Shown piece after piece: positions 33,704 through 43,885 of a DNA stretch of 64,000 nt (positions are counted from its first letter, which is position 1; every line of letters begins with the position of its first letter). Location of the stretch: positions 8,806 through 72,805 of the forward strand of contig JAKQHY010000027.1 in NCBI GenBank assembly GCA_029555965.1. Direction: 5' to 3'. Under the pieces are notes generated by a model. That model was not told where the DNA came from, ran no database searches, and was given only the letters and a program-made list of their open reading frames with translations. The position numbers and the translations under genes were made by a program. Source of the DNA: Chloroflexota bacterium (lineage in GTDB: Bacteria > Chloroflexota > Anaerolineae > B4-G1 > SLSP01).

Positions 33704-34936
33704 ATGAAAACTGACCGTAATTCATCCCAAAACCTAGAGAGAACATTGGCCCAACTCGTGGAAAAGGTTACAGTTCTGGAAGAACTGATCAAAATTAGCC
33801 GGAATTTGAATTCCACGCTGGAAATGCGTCGGTTGTTACAGCAAATTGTGGACGCCGCGCAAGTGTTGACCCACGCAGATGGGGCCTCCATCTTGCTGGT
33901 AGAAAGTGAGGAAAAACTGCGATTTGCGGCCACCGCCGGCCCAAGCGCCAACGTTCTGGAAATCGTCGAAGTACCTATTCAGGGTAGCCTGGCCGGTTGG
34001 GTCGTGCAAAACCGGGAATTGGTTATTGTCGAAGATGCCCAATCGGACTCCCGCCTCTACAACATTCATTCTATTGATGCCACCCAATCCATTATCGCGG
34101 TGCCGATGATTTTTGGCGACGAAGTCATTGGGGTTGTGGAATCTGTCACCATCAAAGCGCGTTACCGCTTCACCCCGCAGGATATGGAAACGCTGGAAAC
34201 GCTGGCCAGCATCGCGGCAGTGGCGGTACAGAACGCTCGGCTTTTTGAGCAAAGTGACTGGGTATCGGAAGTTATTCACGAGATCCGCACACCTTTGACT
34301 GCCATTATGTCCTATGCTGACCTGCTTCAACGACCCAATCTCGACCATGAGATGCGTAACAAGTTTGCTAACATTATCCTGCAAGAAACAGAGCGGGTCA
34401 GCAGTCTGGCTACCACCTTCCTGGACCTGGCGCGGTTAGAGTCCGGGCGTATTCAAATGGCGCATGAGCCGTTAAAAATCGCCGAAGTTATTACCCTGGC
34501 GGCCGATGTCATTCGCCCTTCGGCCAAAGACAAGGCGCGCAACCTTGAAGTTAAGGTTTCGGAAAACCTTCCAATCACGCTAGGAGACACACAGCGCATT
34601 CACCAGGTTCTCCTCAATTTGCTGAGCAATGCGATTAAGTATTCCGATCCTGGCGACACAGTCACCGTGGCCGCCTCCACAGATGGCACCAACGTCACGG
34701 TAGCCGTCACGGACACTGGCCCAGGAATTCCCCCGGATCAAATCCCCAAACTATTCCAAAAGTTTTCGCGCTTGCCAGGCAGTGAACGCAAAGCCACCGG
34801 CACGGGCCTAGGATTAGTGGTAGCACGTCAAATTGTGGAAGCTCATCAAGGTCATATTGGGGTAAAAAGCGAAGTAGGAAAAGGCAGCACATTCTACTTT
34901 TCCCTGCCAGTAATTTCTATAGATGCCAGCGCATAA
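33704..34936 (+). CDS. soluble GAF-domain sensor histidine kinase (GAF-HisKA-HATPase_c)
   Basis: 410 aa; no TM; H-box HEIRTPLTAI, N-box LLSNAIKYS, G-boxes DTGPGIP / GTGLGL. Confidence 0.85.
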   Translation: MKTDRNSSQNLERTLAQLVEKVTVLEELIKISRNLNSTLEMRRLLQQIVDAAQVLTHADGASILLVESEEKLRFAATAGPSANVLEIVEVPIQGSLAGWVVQNRELVIVEDAQSDSRLYNIHSIDATQSIIAVPMIFGDEVIGVVESVTIKARYRFTPQDMETLETLASIAAVAVQNARLFEQSDWVSEVIHEIRTPLTAIMSYADLLQRPNLDHEMRNKFANIILQETERVSSLATTFLDLARLESGRIQMAHEPLKIAEVITLAADVIRPSAKDKARNLEVKVSENLPITLGDTQRIHQVLLNLLSNAIKYSDPGDTVTVAASTDGTNVTVAVTDTGPGIPPDQIPKLFQKFSRLPGSERKATGTGLGLVVARQIVEAHQGHIGVKSEVGKGSTFYFSLPVISIDASA

Positions 34937-35008
34937 AAAGGATTCCCCACCTCAGTCTCTAACTTTACAAAATCCAGATCCATGTTATGATGAACTTGCC
35001 TGTGAGCG

Positions 35009-35034
35009 CAACCCGCTCTCGGGTTTTTGTTTTA
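35009..35034 (+). terminator. rho-independent terminator after GAF kinase
   Basis: AACCCG-ctct-CGGGTT-TTTGTTTT. Confidence 0.7.
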
Positions 35035-35073
35035 TAAAGACAATGTTTCACATCGTTGGAGGGAACTATTTTG

Positions 35074-35544
35074 ATGAGCAGAAGTCCCGTGTATTTAACA
35101 CATGACGGGTATGAGGCGCTCGAAAAAGAGCTGAACCACCTCAAAACTGTCCGCCGCCAGGAAGTAGCCAATCGCCTCCATGCGGCCTTGGGCGAAGGGG
35201 AATTGATTGAAAACGCAGAATTGGAGGACGCGCGCCGCGAACAATCCTTTGTAGAAGGAAGAATCCTGGCGCTGGAAGAACAGTTGCGCAAGGCCGTCAT
35301 CATAGAGGGCGCTACAGCTAACGGCGCGGTAGGGCTGGGCAGCCATATCACCGTCAAAGAAGTCGGCACCGAGGCCATTGAGAAATACCATATGGTAGGC
35401 TCGGCAGAAGCAGATCCGGCCCATGGCAAAATCTCTAATGAATCCCCCTTGGGTAAGTCGCTATTGGGCAAGCGCGTAGGCAATAAAGCCACCGTCCAGG
35501 CGCCGGATGGAGACATTGTCTTTGAAATCATCACCATCGAGTAA
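35074..35544 (+). CDS. greA: transcription elongation factor GreA
   Basis: N-terminal coiled-coil [17 protein letters not shown]..., C-terminal FKBP-like domain; GGAGGG RBS. Confidence 0.88.
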   Translation: MSRSPVYLTHDGYEALEKELNHLKTVRRQEVANRLHAALGEGELIENAELEDARREQSFVEGRILALEEQLRKAVIIEGATANGAVGLGSHITVKEVGTEAIEKYHMVGSAEADPAHGKISNESPLGKSLLGKRVGNKATVQAPDGDIVFEIITIE

Positions 35545-35562
35545 AATCCCTGCAATCCCAGA

Positions 35563-35594
35563 CAAGCCCATACAAGCGTATGGGCTTGTTTTTT
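35563..35594 (+). terminator. rho-independent terminator after greA
   Basis: CAAGCCCATA-caagcg-TATGGGCTTG-TTTTTT. Confidence 0.8.
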
Positions 35595-35627
35595 GATAGA
35601 TTTTGCAATACAGTAAGGAGTTATCCA

Positions 35628-37136
35628 ATGGAATTAAACGAACTGGAACAACAACGCTTCGAAAAAATGAGCCGACTTCAAGAGGCCGGACATAGCCCCT
35701 ACCCACATCGTTCCCACCGTAGTCATACCGTGCAAGCTGCGCTGGCTGACTTTGAGGCGGCAGAGAAGACGGCAACCGAGGCCCCGGTCGTAACTGTCGC
35801 AGGGCGGATCATCAGTATCCGCGTAATGGGCAAGGTAGCGTTCGCACACATTGAAGATGGCAGCGGTAAACTCCAACTTTTCCTGCGCCAGAATGAATTG
35901 GGCGAAGAGGCGCTCGCACTATTCAAAAAGGTCTTTGATTTGGGCGACTTTGCAGAAGCGCACGGAGTCCTGATGCGCACGCGAACCGGCGAGATCAGTC
36001 TCCAAGCGCATACGGTGACAATGCTCGCGAAAGCCATCACGCCGCTGCCAATCCCCAAAGAATATGAGGGGCACGACGGTCAACTGACCCGCTACAGCGC
36101 ATTTTCTGACGTAGAAGAAAGGTTCCGCCAGCGTTATGCCGACCTGGCTGTGAATGCCGAAGTACGCGAAATCTTCCGCACCCGCTCACGGATGATCAGT
36201 GCCCTGCGCACCTGGTTGGATGAACACGAATATTTGGAAGTCGAGACGCCAGTGTTGCAACCGATCTACGGCGGCGCTGCGGCACGCCCGTTCACTACCT
36301 ATCACAACCAACTCAAACAACAACTATACTTGCGCATCTCGTTTGAATTGTATTTGAAACGCTTATTGGTCGGTATGTATGAACGGGTGTATGAAATCGG
36401 GCGCGACTTCCGCAATGAAGGGGTATCCTACAAACATAACCCAGAATTCACGCAGCTAGAGTTGTACTGTGCTTACACCGATCTTCAGGGCATGATGGAG
36501 ACTACAGAACAAATGATAGCTTACACCGCGCAGCATGTTTTGGGAACTTATGAAATTCCTTTTAAGGGACAATTGATCAATCTTACCCCTCCCTGGCGCC
36601 GCATCAAGCTGCGCGACATCATCCTGACCGGAACGGGAATTGATTACACTACCTTCCCTGACGCCGAGTCCTTGCGCACAGTTATGCGGCAACGCGGCTA
36701 TGACGCCGCGAGCACAGCCTCATGGGGACATCTCGTGGACAATTTACTGTCCGAAGTTGAACCAAGTCTGATCCAACCGACTTTTGTGTACGACTATCCT
36801 ATTGAAATTTCACCGTTAGCCAAGCAAAAAAGCGACGATCCCACCCACGTGGAGCGTTTTGAACTATTCATTGGGGGCATGGAGACGGGCAACGCCTTCA
36901 CTGAGTTGAACGATCCCTTTGAACAAGAAAAGCGTTTCGTAAACATGGGCACAGAACAAGCTGACGAAGATGATGAATCCCATCCGATGGACGAAGACTA
37001 TTTACGGGCCATGAAGTACGGGATGCCCCCGAACGGTGGTTTTGGGATGGGCATTGATCGTCTGGCAATGCTCCTCACCGATAAACACTCCATTCGCGAA
37101 GTGTTACTTTACCCACATCTACGCGCCAAAGAATAA
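35628..37136 (+). CDS. lysS: lysine--tRNA ligase (class II)
   Basis: OB-fold anticodon-binding N-term, class II motifs ([27 protein letters not shown]); AAGGAG RBS. Confidence 0.92.
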   Translation: MELNELEQQRFEKMSRLQEAGHSPYPHRSHRSHTVQAALADFEAAEKTATEAPVVTVAGRIISIRVMGKVAFAHIEDGSGKLQLFLRQNELGEEALALFKKVFDLGDFAEAHGVLMRTRTGEISLQAHTVTMLAKAITPLPIPKEYEGHDGQLTRYSAFSDVEERFRQRYADLAVNAEVREIFRTRSRMISALRTWLDEHEYLEVETPVLQPIYGGAAARPFTTYHNQLKQQLYLRISFELYLKRLLVGMYERVYEIGRDFRNEGVSYKHNPEFTQLELYCAYTDLQGMMETTEQMIAYTAQHVLGTYEIPFKGQLINLTPPWRRIKLRDIILTGTGIDYTTFPDAESLRTVMRQRGYDAASTASWGHLVDNLLSEVEPSLIQPTFVYDYPIEISPLAKQKSDDPTHVERFELFIGGMETGNAFTELNDPFEQEKRFVNMGTEQADEDDESHPMDEDYLRAMKYGMPPNGGFGMGIDRLAMLLTDKHSIREVLLYPHLRAKE

Positions 37137-37151
37137 TCAATTTCGCCCAAG

Positions 37152-37190
37152 AAAAAACCGGGGCAGACTATTACTGTCGCCCCGGTTTTT
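37152..37190. terminator. bidirectional terminator between lysS and M23 peptidase gene
   Basis: AAAAAA-CCGGGGC-agactattactgt-CGCCCCGG-TTTTTG. Confidence 0.75.
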
Positions 37191-37205
37191 GTTTAGTTGC
37201 AGTCC

Positions 37206-38324
37206 CTATGGCAGATAGATCAGAGGGTTAGTAGGATAGCCGTTATAACGAATCTCATAGTGCAAGTGCGGACCGGTAGAGTTACCAGTACTCCCCATCG
37301 CACCGATTACCTGCCCGGCAACTACGGTTTCCCCCTCACTGACGAAGAAGTTGCTTAAGTGCGCGTAATACGTCTGATAGCCATTTGCGTGATCCACCAC
37401 AACCAAATACCCATAGCCCACATCGGTCCAACCAGCAAAGCTAACATACCCGGCGTCAGAAGCAATTACACTTCGACCTACGGAGCCGCCAATATCAATC
37501 GCGCGATGCGCCCACCAGTATCCCTGGGTCAGATCACCTGAAGTAGGCCAGTAGAACAATCCAGAACCGGAAACATCTTCAACGATCGGGCCTTCGTAAG
37601 TCGTAACCTTTTGAGCAGTATAAGGTTTCATTCCCCCTGGGACAATAATCTTCTCCCCCACCACCAATTGCCCATCTTCAGGCAGTGCATTGAACAGGCA
37701 ATTCGCAATATCAGCCGCCGTTACTTTATATTTTTCGGCAAGTGAATCCAGTGTATCACTGATTTCAACCGTATGGTAAACGCCATCCAAGGGCAAAATC
37801 GTCAGAACCTGTCCAACCTTGAGAAGATCGGGGGCTTTTTCCATTTCAGCGTTAGCCCACAACAACGTTGTGGGCTGTAAACCAAAACCCTCCGCAATCG
37901 TCTCCGCAGTATCGCCGGCCATGACCACGTAAGTAACAATCTCCAGACGAGGTCGCTCGGGGATAGCCGTATGGGATTGCGCCCGGCGCACCACCAGAGT
38001 CTGTGCAGTTCCTCGATAATATGGTCGCGCCACGACTGAGGCTGTAACATTCATAGCTCGGACAGTTCCCCCAAGCAAAGCCTTGTCGGCTGATTCAGAG
38101 GCAGAGACCAACGCATCCAATCGCATACCTGCGATCAACACAAAAAAGGTTAACGTCAGAGCGACTGCGATGTGGGAGGTGAAGCGCCCCAGCCAAGGGC
38201 GCTGACCCTCATGATCACTATTCCAACGCCAGACCCATACAACAAGTTGGGCTGCAACCCGGAGCAAAGTTGGCGTATGCCAGGCAAGATTACCTGGTTC
38301 TGAGGAATAGGTTGATGGATTCAT
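37206..38324 (-). CDS. LysM-domain M23 family metallopeptidase (membrane-anchored), paralog A
   Basis: N-terminal TM, LysM (YHTVEISDTLDSLAEKY), M23 motifs HRAIDI...GSTGNSTGPHLHYEI. Confidence 0.8.
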   Translation of the reverse strand: MNPSTYSSEPGNLAWHTPTLLRVAAQLVVWVWRWNSDHEGQRPWLGRFTSHIAVALTLTFFVLIAGMRLDALVSASESADKALLGGTVRAMNVTASVVARPYYRGTAQTLVVRRAQSHTAIPERPRLEIVTYVVMAGDTAETIAEGFGLQPTTLLWANAEMEKAPDLLKVGQVLTILPLDGVYHTVEISDTLDSLAEKYKVTAADIANCLFNALPEDGQLVVGEKIIVPGGMKPYTAQKVTTYEGPIVEDVSGSGLFYWPTSGDLTQGYWWAHRAIDIGGSVGRSVIASDAGYVSFAGWTDVGYGYLVVVDHANGYQTYYAHLSNFFVSEGETVVAGQVIGAMGSTGNSTGPHLHYEIRYNGYPTNPLIYLP

Positions 38325-39559
38325 TCGAAGAGTTGTGGATCCTGAGGAACCCCATTGTAGCGGATTTCATAATGCAGGTGCGGACCGGTAGACCAACCAG
38401 TGCTCCCACAATAACCTAACACCTGGCCCTGGTAGACAGATTCACCACAACCCACCGCAAAAGCACTAAAATGTGCGTAATAGGTTTGGTAGCCGTTCCC
38501 ATGCTGAACACGCACCAGGTTACCATAGCCGCCGCCCCAACCGGCAAAAACGACTACGCCATTGTCTGCGGCATAAATAGGGTCGCCCAAACTACACTTG
38601 TAATCCAAGCCACCATGAGTAGGATTGCGTGAATCATGGAAATACCAGCCCGAAACAGCCTGGGAGCCGGTCGGTAGAATAAACCAGCCAATAGCGCCAG
38701 GGCCTGAGACGGATATATCGCCACAGGCACCCCAGCTAGCCAGAGCACTTCCCACACCGGGGACAGCTGGCGGCGGCGGCGGGGCTTCCCATTCAAAATC
38801 TGCCCCGACGCCATCAGGAATCACGAGCAACATCCCTTCACGCAATGATGAGTTGGACGCCAAATCATTCCACACATTGTCCAGAGCCGATGGGGGTACT
38901 TCATATTGCTCCGCAATATCTTCTACTGTCTCGCCTGCGAGCACAGTATGATAGGCTCCATCCACAGGAAGAATAAAGAGTGTCAGGCCAGGTTGAATCA
39001 GCCAGGGAGCACCTTGGAGAATTTCCATATTGGCCCATACAATTGTATAGGGCGATAAGTCAAAATATTCAGCAATGCCAAAGATGTTATCTCCTGAATG
39101 AACTGTGTAAGTAATCACGTCCAGTCGCACGCGCTCAGGGATAGTCGTGCGAGGTTGCGCCTGGCGAAAAACAGCGCGATACATTTGGTTTGTCATTTGT
39201 TTAGTGAATGAGTGTGTGGCTATGGGTATAGTAGGGGTCGCCACCACCTCAGCAATAGCAGGTTGTGACACAGAGGTGAATCCAGAAGAACCAAGTGTGA
39301 TGCCATCAGCGCTAATATCAGGCGCAGTGATAGGCAAGAGAGTCAGCCGTCCCAACACTCCCACCAATAATGCCAAAGTGAGAATAGCACCATGGGCGCT
39401 GTAACGACCAACAAAAGCAGCGATAACTTGACGGTCACTACTCCACCGCCAAATCATCGCTACAAGCCTGCCCACGCTCCGCCCTAAGGTGCTGGAAAAT
39501 TCTGATTGTAAATGCGGAACGTCTGGAATTTGGGTATCATATATATTTGTATCGTTCAT
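38321..39559 (-). CDS. LysM-domain M23 family metallopeptidase (membrane-anchored), paralog B
   Basis: N-terminal TM, LysM (YTVHSGDNIFGIAEYF), M23 motifs HGGLDY...GSTGWSTGPHLHYEI; 4-nt overlap with paralog A. Confidence 0.8.
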   Translation of the reverse strand: MNDTNIYDTQIPDVPHLQSEFSSTLGRSVGRLVAMIWRWSSDRQVIAAFVGRYSAHGAILTLALLVGVLGRLTLLPITAPDISADGITLGSSGFTSVSQPAIAEVVATPTIPIATHSFTKQMTNQMYRAVFRQAQPRTTIPERVRLDVITYTVHSGDNIFGIAEYFDLSPYTIVWANMEILQGAPWLIQPGLTLFILPVDGAYHTVLAGETVEDIAEQYEVPPSALDNVWNDLASNSSLREGMLLVIPDGVGADFEWEAPPPPPAVPGVGSALASWGACGDISVSGPGAIGWFILPTGSQAVSGWYFHDSRNPTHGGLDYKCSLGDPIYAADNGVVVFAGWGGGYGNLVRVQHGNGYQTYYAHFSAFAVGCGESVYQGQVLGYCGSTGWSTGPHLHYEIRYNGVPQDPQLFE

Positions 39560-39783
39560 AGGCTAAAGCCACTTGATGACAATAAGCCACCAACAGGAAT
39601 CATTATAACACAGTAAAATACAAAGTGCAACCCCCAAAATCTGACGATTATCTTACGGAACTGCCAAAAAGCTGATCAAAGCCCCTTTGCGGGGCATGTG
39701 AAAACGCCCGCTCGCATCAGGTTTGACATAGCCTTTACTCATGCGATAATTTGAGAAGCATACGTTAAAAGGGGTGACACAAC

Positions 39784-40107
39784 ATGGGAGATTTAAAAGC
39801 TGTGGATGAAATGAACTTTGAGGCTGAGGTGTTGCGAGCAACACTCCCCGTGCTGGTAGATTTCTGGGCGGAATGGTGCCCTCCGTGCAAGAAACTGGGA
39901 CCAACATTGGATAAAATCGCCCCAACACTGGATGGACGCTTGAGAATTGTCAAGGTTAATGTCCAGGAAGCGGCGGCCTTAGCCACTCAATATGGGGTGA
40001 TGAATATTCCCACAATGATTATCTTCAAGAATGGCGCAGAAGTTGCACGTCTGGTTGGGAATCGGGCTGAAAGTAAATTAATTCAAGATATAGAATCCTA
40101 CCTATAA
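39784..40107 (+). CDS. trxA: thioredoxin
   Basis: 107 aa; WCPPCK active site (not canonical WCGPCK). Confidence 0.9.
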   Translation: MGDLKAVDEMNFEAEVLRATLPVLVDFWAEWCPPCKKLGPTLDKIAPTLDGRLRIVKVNVQEAAALATQYGVMNIPTMIIFKNGAEVARLVGNRAESKLIQDIESYL

Positions 40108-40120
40108 CACCTCACCCGCG

Positions 40121-40146
40121 ATCCCCCCGATCATAACCGGGGGGAT
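40121..40146. terminator. bidirectional terminator between trxA and yabN-like gene
   Basis: ATCCCCCCG-atcataa-CCGGGGGGAT. Confidence 0.65.
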
Positions 40147-41633
40147 TATATAACTTCTCGCCAAAGTTGTCTTATCTCAGCAGGATTGAGTAGCTCCAAC
40201 TGTAATTCGCGGGCACGTAGTTCACCCTCAAAACGCTTCACCTGGGCTAATAGTTGTTGGTTGACCAAGCGCAAAGCACTTTCGGGGTCAAGATGCTGAC
40301 GACGCGCCCAATTCGCGATCTCAAACAAAACCTCACCCAAAACGAAGACAGATGTAGCCTCAGTTGCAGTATGCGAAAAAGATTCTAAGTGTTCAAGGCA
40401 CTCGTGACAAGCGCGGCGCACAGGTACAGAAAGATCAACCACCTCTTTGTCAAGGAAGGAATGGGCATTGTCATCTACATCAAGACCAATACGCGCCACC
40501 CGACCGCCATACTCCACAGCTTGTGCTAATCCAGGTAAAGCTTTGGGCACACCGTCAAGCATGGAACGCGCTACATTCCCCTTCGTCTCGCGCTCGTGCC
40601 GCTTAATGGCTTCCCAATTGACAATCACCTCGGCGCTATCCCCAACCTGCACATCTCCCCAAACATGTGGATGGCGACGCTTCAACTTAGTATCAATACC
40701 CGAAATCACTTCAGGCATAAGAAACGCGCCATCCTCCACTGCAATTTGTGTGTGCAAGACAATCTGAAGCAGCAAATCACCCAGTTCCTCACGCAAGGCA
40801 TCAGTATCATCGGCATCAAGCGCGGCAAGGACTTCATAGGTCTCTTCGAGCAAGTTAGCGCGCAAACTCTGATGTGTTTGTTCACGATCCCATGGGCATC
40901 CGTCTGGCGCACGCAATCTGGCTACCGTCTGCTGGAATCCCTCGAAACTACTCACCTGCGGCAGCGGGGGAACATAAAGTGAAGTCAATGGAGTGGCTTG
41001 CTGACGATCAATCTCGTAGAGGGGCATCCAGGTCACCAACTCAGCCCCGGTGCCGGCCGCATCAACCAGCGCCACAGAATGTTCATCAGGGTATTGGTTC
41101 ATCAAGAGCAATTTTAAATCCGAAGCCACTGTGCGACTGTATACCTGGGCGATAAGCGCTGGCATATCTGGATTTAAAGGAGGATGATATAGCGCCACTA
41201 CATCCAAGGCGTCCACAATCTGCAAGCCGTCCAACGCATCCAATGAGAGCGCAACCAAAACAGGTTCAAAAAAACTCAAGCCGGCCACTATCTGCACCGG
41301 AATCTGCTGTGCGCGCGCGGTCGCAAGCAACTGCGCGACGGTGGCCTCCCCTACCATGGGATGACCAGGGACAGCGTAACAAACACCATCAGTTCGGCGG
41401 CTTAGAGCCAGGATTTGCGTCACAATTTCTGCATATACATGCTCAAACGTGTCTGCGGTCTCATATAGCGAATCGAAACTATGCACGACAAGGTGAGCTG
41501 GTAAATGCGCGAGTACCGGATGCTTGAGTGTGCGTACCCAAATCTCGTCACATTCTGAAAGAATTTGCCAAGCCTCACGTGTCAAATATTGCGGTTCGCC
41601 AGGGCCTAGCCCAACAACTGTAATATGCGCCAT
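40146..41633 (-). CDS. YabN-like fusion: tetrapyrrole (corrin/porphyrin) methylase-family domain + MazG nucleotide pyrophosphohydrolase domain
   Basis: N-term ITVVGLGPGEPQYLTREA methylase fold; C-term MazG motifs (CPWDREQTHQSL, EExYE, ELGDLLLQIV). Confidence 0.75.
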   Translation of the reverse strand: MAHITVVGLGPGEPQYLTREAWQILSECDEIWVRTLKHPVLAHLPAHLVVHSFDSLYETADTFEHVYAEIVTQILALSRRTDGVCYAVPGHPMVGEATVAQLLATARAQQIPVQIVAGLSFFEPVLVALSLDALDGLQIVDALDVVALYHPPLNPDMPALIAQVYSRTVASDLKLLLMNQYPDEHSVALVDAAGTGAELVTWMPLYEIDRQQATPLTSLYVPPLPQVSSFEGFQQTVARLRAPDGCPWDREQTHQSLRANLLEETYEVLAALDADDTDALREELGDLLLQIVLHTQIAVEDGAFLMPEVISGIDTKLKRRHPHVWGDVQVGDSAEVIVNWEAIKRHERETKGNVARSMLDGVPKALPGLAQAVEYGGRVARIGLDVDDNAHSFLDKEVVDLSVPVRRACHECLEHLESFSHTATEATSVFVLGEVLFEIANWARRQHLDPESALRLVNQQLLAQVKRFEGELRARELQLELLNPAEIRQLWREVI

Positions 41634-41646
41634 AGTTCCCCCCTAC

Positions 41647-41689
41647 CATAAATAACAACCAGGTAGGCTATTAACTTCGGCCTACCTGG
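41647..41689 (-). terminator. rho-independent terminator after rpsI
   Basis: minus strand CCAGGTAGGCcgaagttaataGCCTACCTGG then TTGTTATTTATGG. Confidence 0.7.
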
Positions 41690-41714
41690 TAAAAGCCACC
41701 TTAAACGAGGGTGC

Positions 41715-42101
41715 TTAACGTTTTGTGTATTGAGGAGCCTTACGCGCACGCTTAAGACCGGGCTTTTTGCGTTCTTTTTCCCGTGCATCGCGGCTCAATA
41801 AATTCATCTTGCGCAAAGAAGTACGAAATTCGGGATCCACCTTAAGCAAGGCCCGTGCAATTCCCATACGCACGGCCTCGGATTGCCCGGTAACGCCCCC
41901 ACCGCTTACCAAAACAGTAACATCGAATTGACCTTCTGTCTGGGTAAGGTGCAAAGGCTCGCTCAAGTTCTTCCAATCCACCTCGCGGCCAAAGTATTCC
42001 GCAGAAGGCTTCCCGTTGACAACAAATTGCCCAGTTCCACCGGAATGGAGGCGAACTCGCGCCGTTGCTGTCTTGCGACGTCCTAAACCTTCGTAGTACA
42101 T
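41715..42101 (-). CDS. rpsI: 30S ribosomal protein S9
   Basis: C-terminal ...GLKRARKAPQYTKR. Confidence 0.92.
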   Translation of the reverse strand: MYYEGLGRRKTATARVRLHSGGTGQFVVNGKPSAEYFGREVDWKNLSEPLHLTQTEGQFDVTVLVSGGGVTGQSEAVRMGIARALLKVDPEFRTSLRKMNLLSRDAREKERKKPGLKRARKAPQYTKR

Positions 42102-42116
42102 AAGCTAATCGTCTCC

Positions 42117-42563
42117 TTAAAATTCCATAATCTGGGGGAGTTGCGCCCCATGAGGATGTTCTGGCCCAGCATACACCTTCAGCTTTTTAAACATCTGACG
42201 CCCCAATGGACCACGCGGCAACATCCCTTTAACGGCGTGCTCAATGACACGCTCCGGGTGTTGTTCCAACTGACGGCGCAAAGTCACCTCACGTAGGCCG
42301 CCGGGATACCCCGAATAGTGATAATACCGTTTCTGATCGAGTTTACGTCCGGTGGTATGTATCTTCTCGGCATTGATCACCACGACATAGTCCCCTACAT
42401 CCTCATAAGGGCTATATTGTGGTCGGTGCTTGCCCCGCAAAACACTCGCGATCTGAGTCGCCAGTCGCCCCAAGGTTTGACCTGAAGCATCCACTACATA
42501 CCATTGACGCTCCACATCCCCTGGCTTAACCACATAAGTTTTATCTAAGTTTAGTCGTTTCAC
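42117..42563 (-). CDS. rplM: 50S ribosomal protein L13
   Basis: 148 aa, L13 family sequence. Confidence 0.92.
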   Translation of the reverse strand: MKRLNLDKTYVVKPGDVERQWYVVDASGQTLGRLATQIASVLRGKHRPQYSPYEDVGDYVVVINAEKIHTTGRKLDQKRYYHYSGYPGGLREVTLRRQLEQHPERVIEHAVKGMLPRGPLGRQMFKKLKVYAGPEHPHGAQLPQIMEF

Positions 42564-42604
42564 CTTCTCCTCACTTCCAACCTAAAAATGAGCCTTCAAT
42601 CAAC

Positions 42605-43348
42605 CTAAAGCGTCTCATTAGGATAAACAACTCGTCGTAAACACAATCCTTGTGCTTTGACGGCAGGCCCAGCACGTCGGCGATCCTGATTTTGCAAAAT
42701 TTCAACAAAATCTGCGGTTGTCAATGCACCACACCCCACTCTTAGCAAAGTCCCCACCAGTATTCGCACCATCCGGTACAGGAAAGCATTAGCGGCAATA
42801 TCAAAATACACCGAATCGCCTTCCACCGACCATTCCGCCTGATAGACTTCCCGAAGGGTGTTCTCTCCCTTTGGGGGTGAACCAAATGCCGCAAAGTCAT
42901 GCTGGCCCACCAGGTGCTGAGCGGCGACCTGCATAGGCTCCAAAAGCAAAGGGTGTGTGATATGCAAACTGTACCGACTCACGAATGGATCCCGCACAGT
43001 TGCCAGATAGAGTCCATAACGATAACAGCGACGCAAGGCCGCATATCGTGGATGAAAGTCATCCGGGACAACGCCGAGCGTCAAAACAGCAATAGCTTCT
43101 GGAAGCAGAGCGTTGAGTCCACGGTGCAGGTCAAACAACGAATGCGCCCAGGCGGTATCAAACGCAATCACTTGCCCGGCGGCATGGACTCCCGCATCAG
43201 TGCGACCGGCAGCCATAATCCTCGTTGGCACACCAGTCAGCTTGTCCAGAGCAACTTCCAAGTCCTCCTGAATAGTAGGAGCATTTTTCTGACGCTGAAA
43301 CCCGCCATACCCCGTGCCATCATAGGCAATGACGGCCTTGATACGCAT
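42605..43348 (-). CDS. truA: tRNA pseudouridine(38-40) synthase TruA
   Basis: MRIKAVIAYDGTGYGGFQRQ N-terminus, catalytic RTDAGVHA. Confidence 0.88.
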   Translation of the reverse strand: MRIKAVIAYDGTGYGGFQRQKNAPTIQEDLEVALDKLTGVPTRIMAAGRTDAGVHAAGQVIAFDTAWAHSLFDLHRGLNALLPEAIAVLTLGVVPDDFHPRYAALRRCYRYGLYLATVRDPFVSRYSLHITHPLLLEPMQVAAQHLVGQHDFAAFGSPPKGENTLREVYQAEWSVEGDSVYFDIAANAFLYRMVRILVGTLLRVGCGALTTADFVEILQNQDRRRAGPAVKAQGLCLRRVVYPNETL

Positions 43349-43412
43349 TCACACTTCCCTTCAAATTGCGAACTTCAGAGTCCGAAAGCGCCATCCTACA
43401 ATTCTCGGAAAC

Positions 43413-43796
43413 CTATTCAACCAACTCTAAAAGTACAATGGGAGCAGCATCGCCCTTGCGCACTCCCAACTTCAACATCCGGGTGTACCCACCAGGACGA
43501 TCCCGATAACGGGGGGCAATCTCACTAAACAAGGCCTGCACAACCTGAGGGTCATTCAGACGCCCCGCAGCCAAACGACGCGCATGCAATTCCCGCGCCG
43601 GGCTGCTCTCTCCGGCTAAAATACCACGCTTGGCTAATGTGACCAGTTTTTCTGCCTGACCACGGATTGCTTCCGCCTTAGTCCGCGTAGTACGAATCCG
43701 CCCATGCCGGAACAACTCTGTCACCAAAGTGCGGCGCAACGCAGTACGATGTCCCTTAGGACGACTTAGCTTTTTACCCGCGACGCGATGTCGCAT
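43413..43796 (-). CDS. rplQ: 50S ribosomal protein L17
   Basis: MRHRVAGKKLSRPKGHR N-terminus. Confidence 0.92.
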   Translation of the reverse strand: MRHRVAGKKLSRPKGHRTALRRTLVTELFRHGRIRTTRTKAEAIRGQAEKLVTLAKRGILAGESSPARELHARRLAAGRLNDPQVVQALFSEIAPRYRDRPGGYTRMLKLGVRKGDAAPIVLLELVE

Positions 43797-43885
43797 GATG
43801 CAACCTCCTGACTATGATCTCCATATTCTCAGATGGGAAGTATCACTACCGCCCGTTAATGCTCAAACAGATGTTGTCGCCCTTG

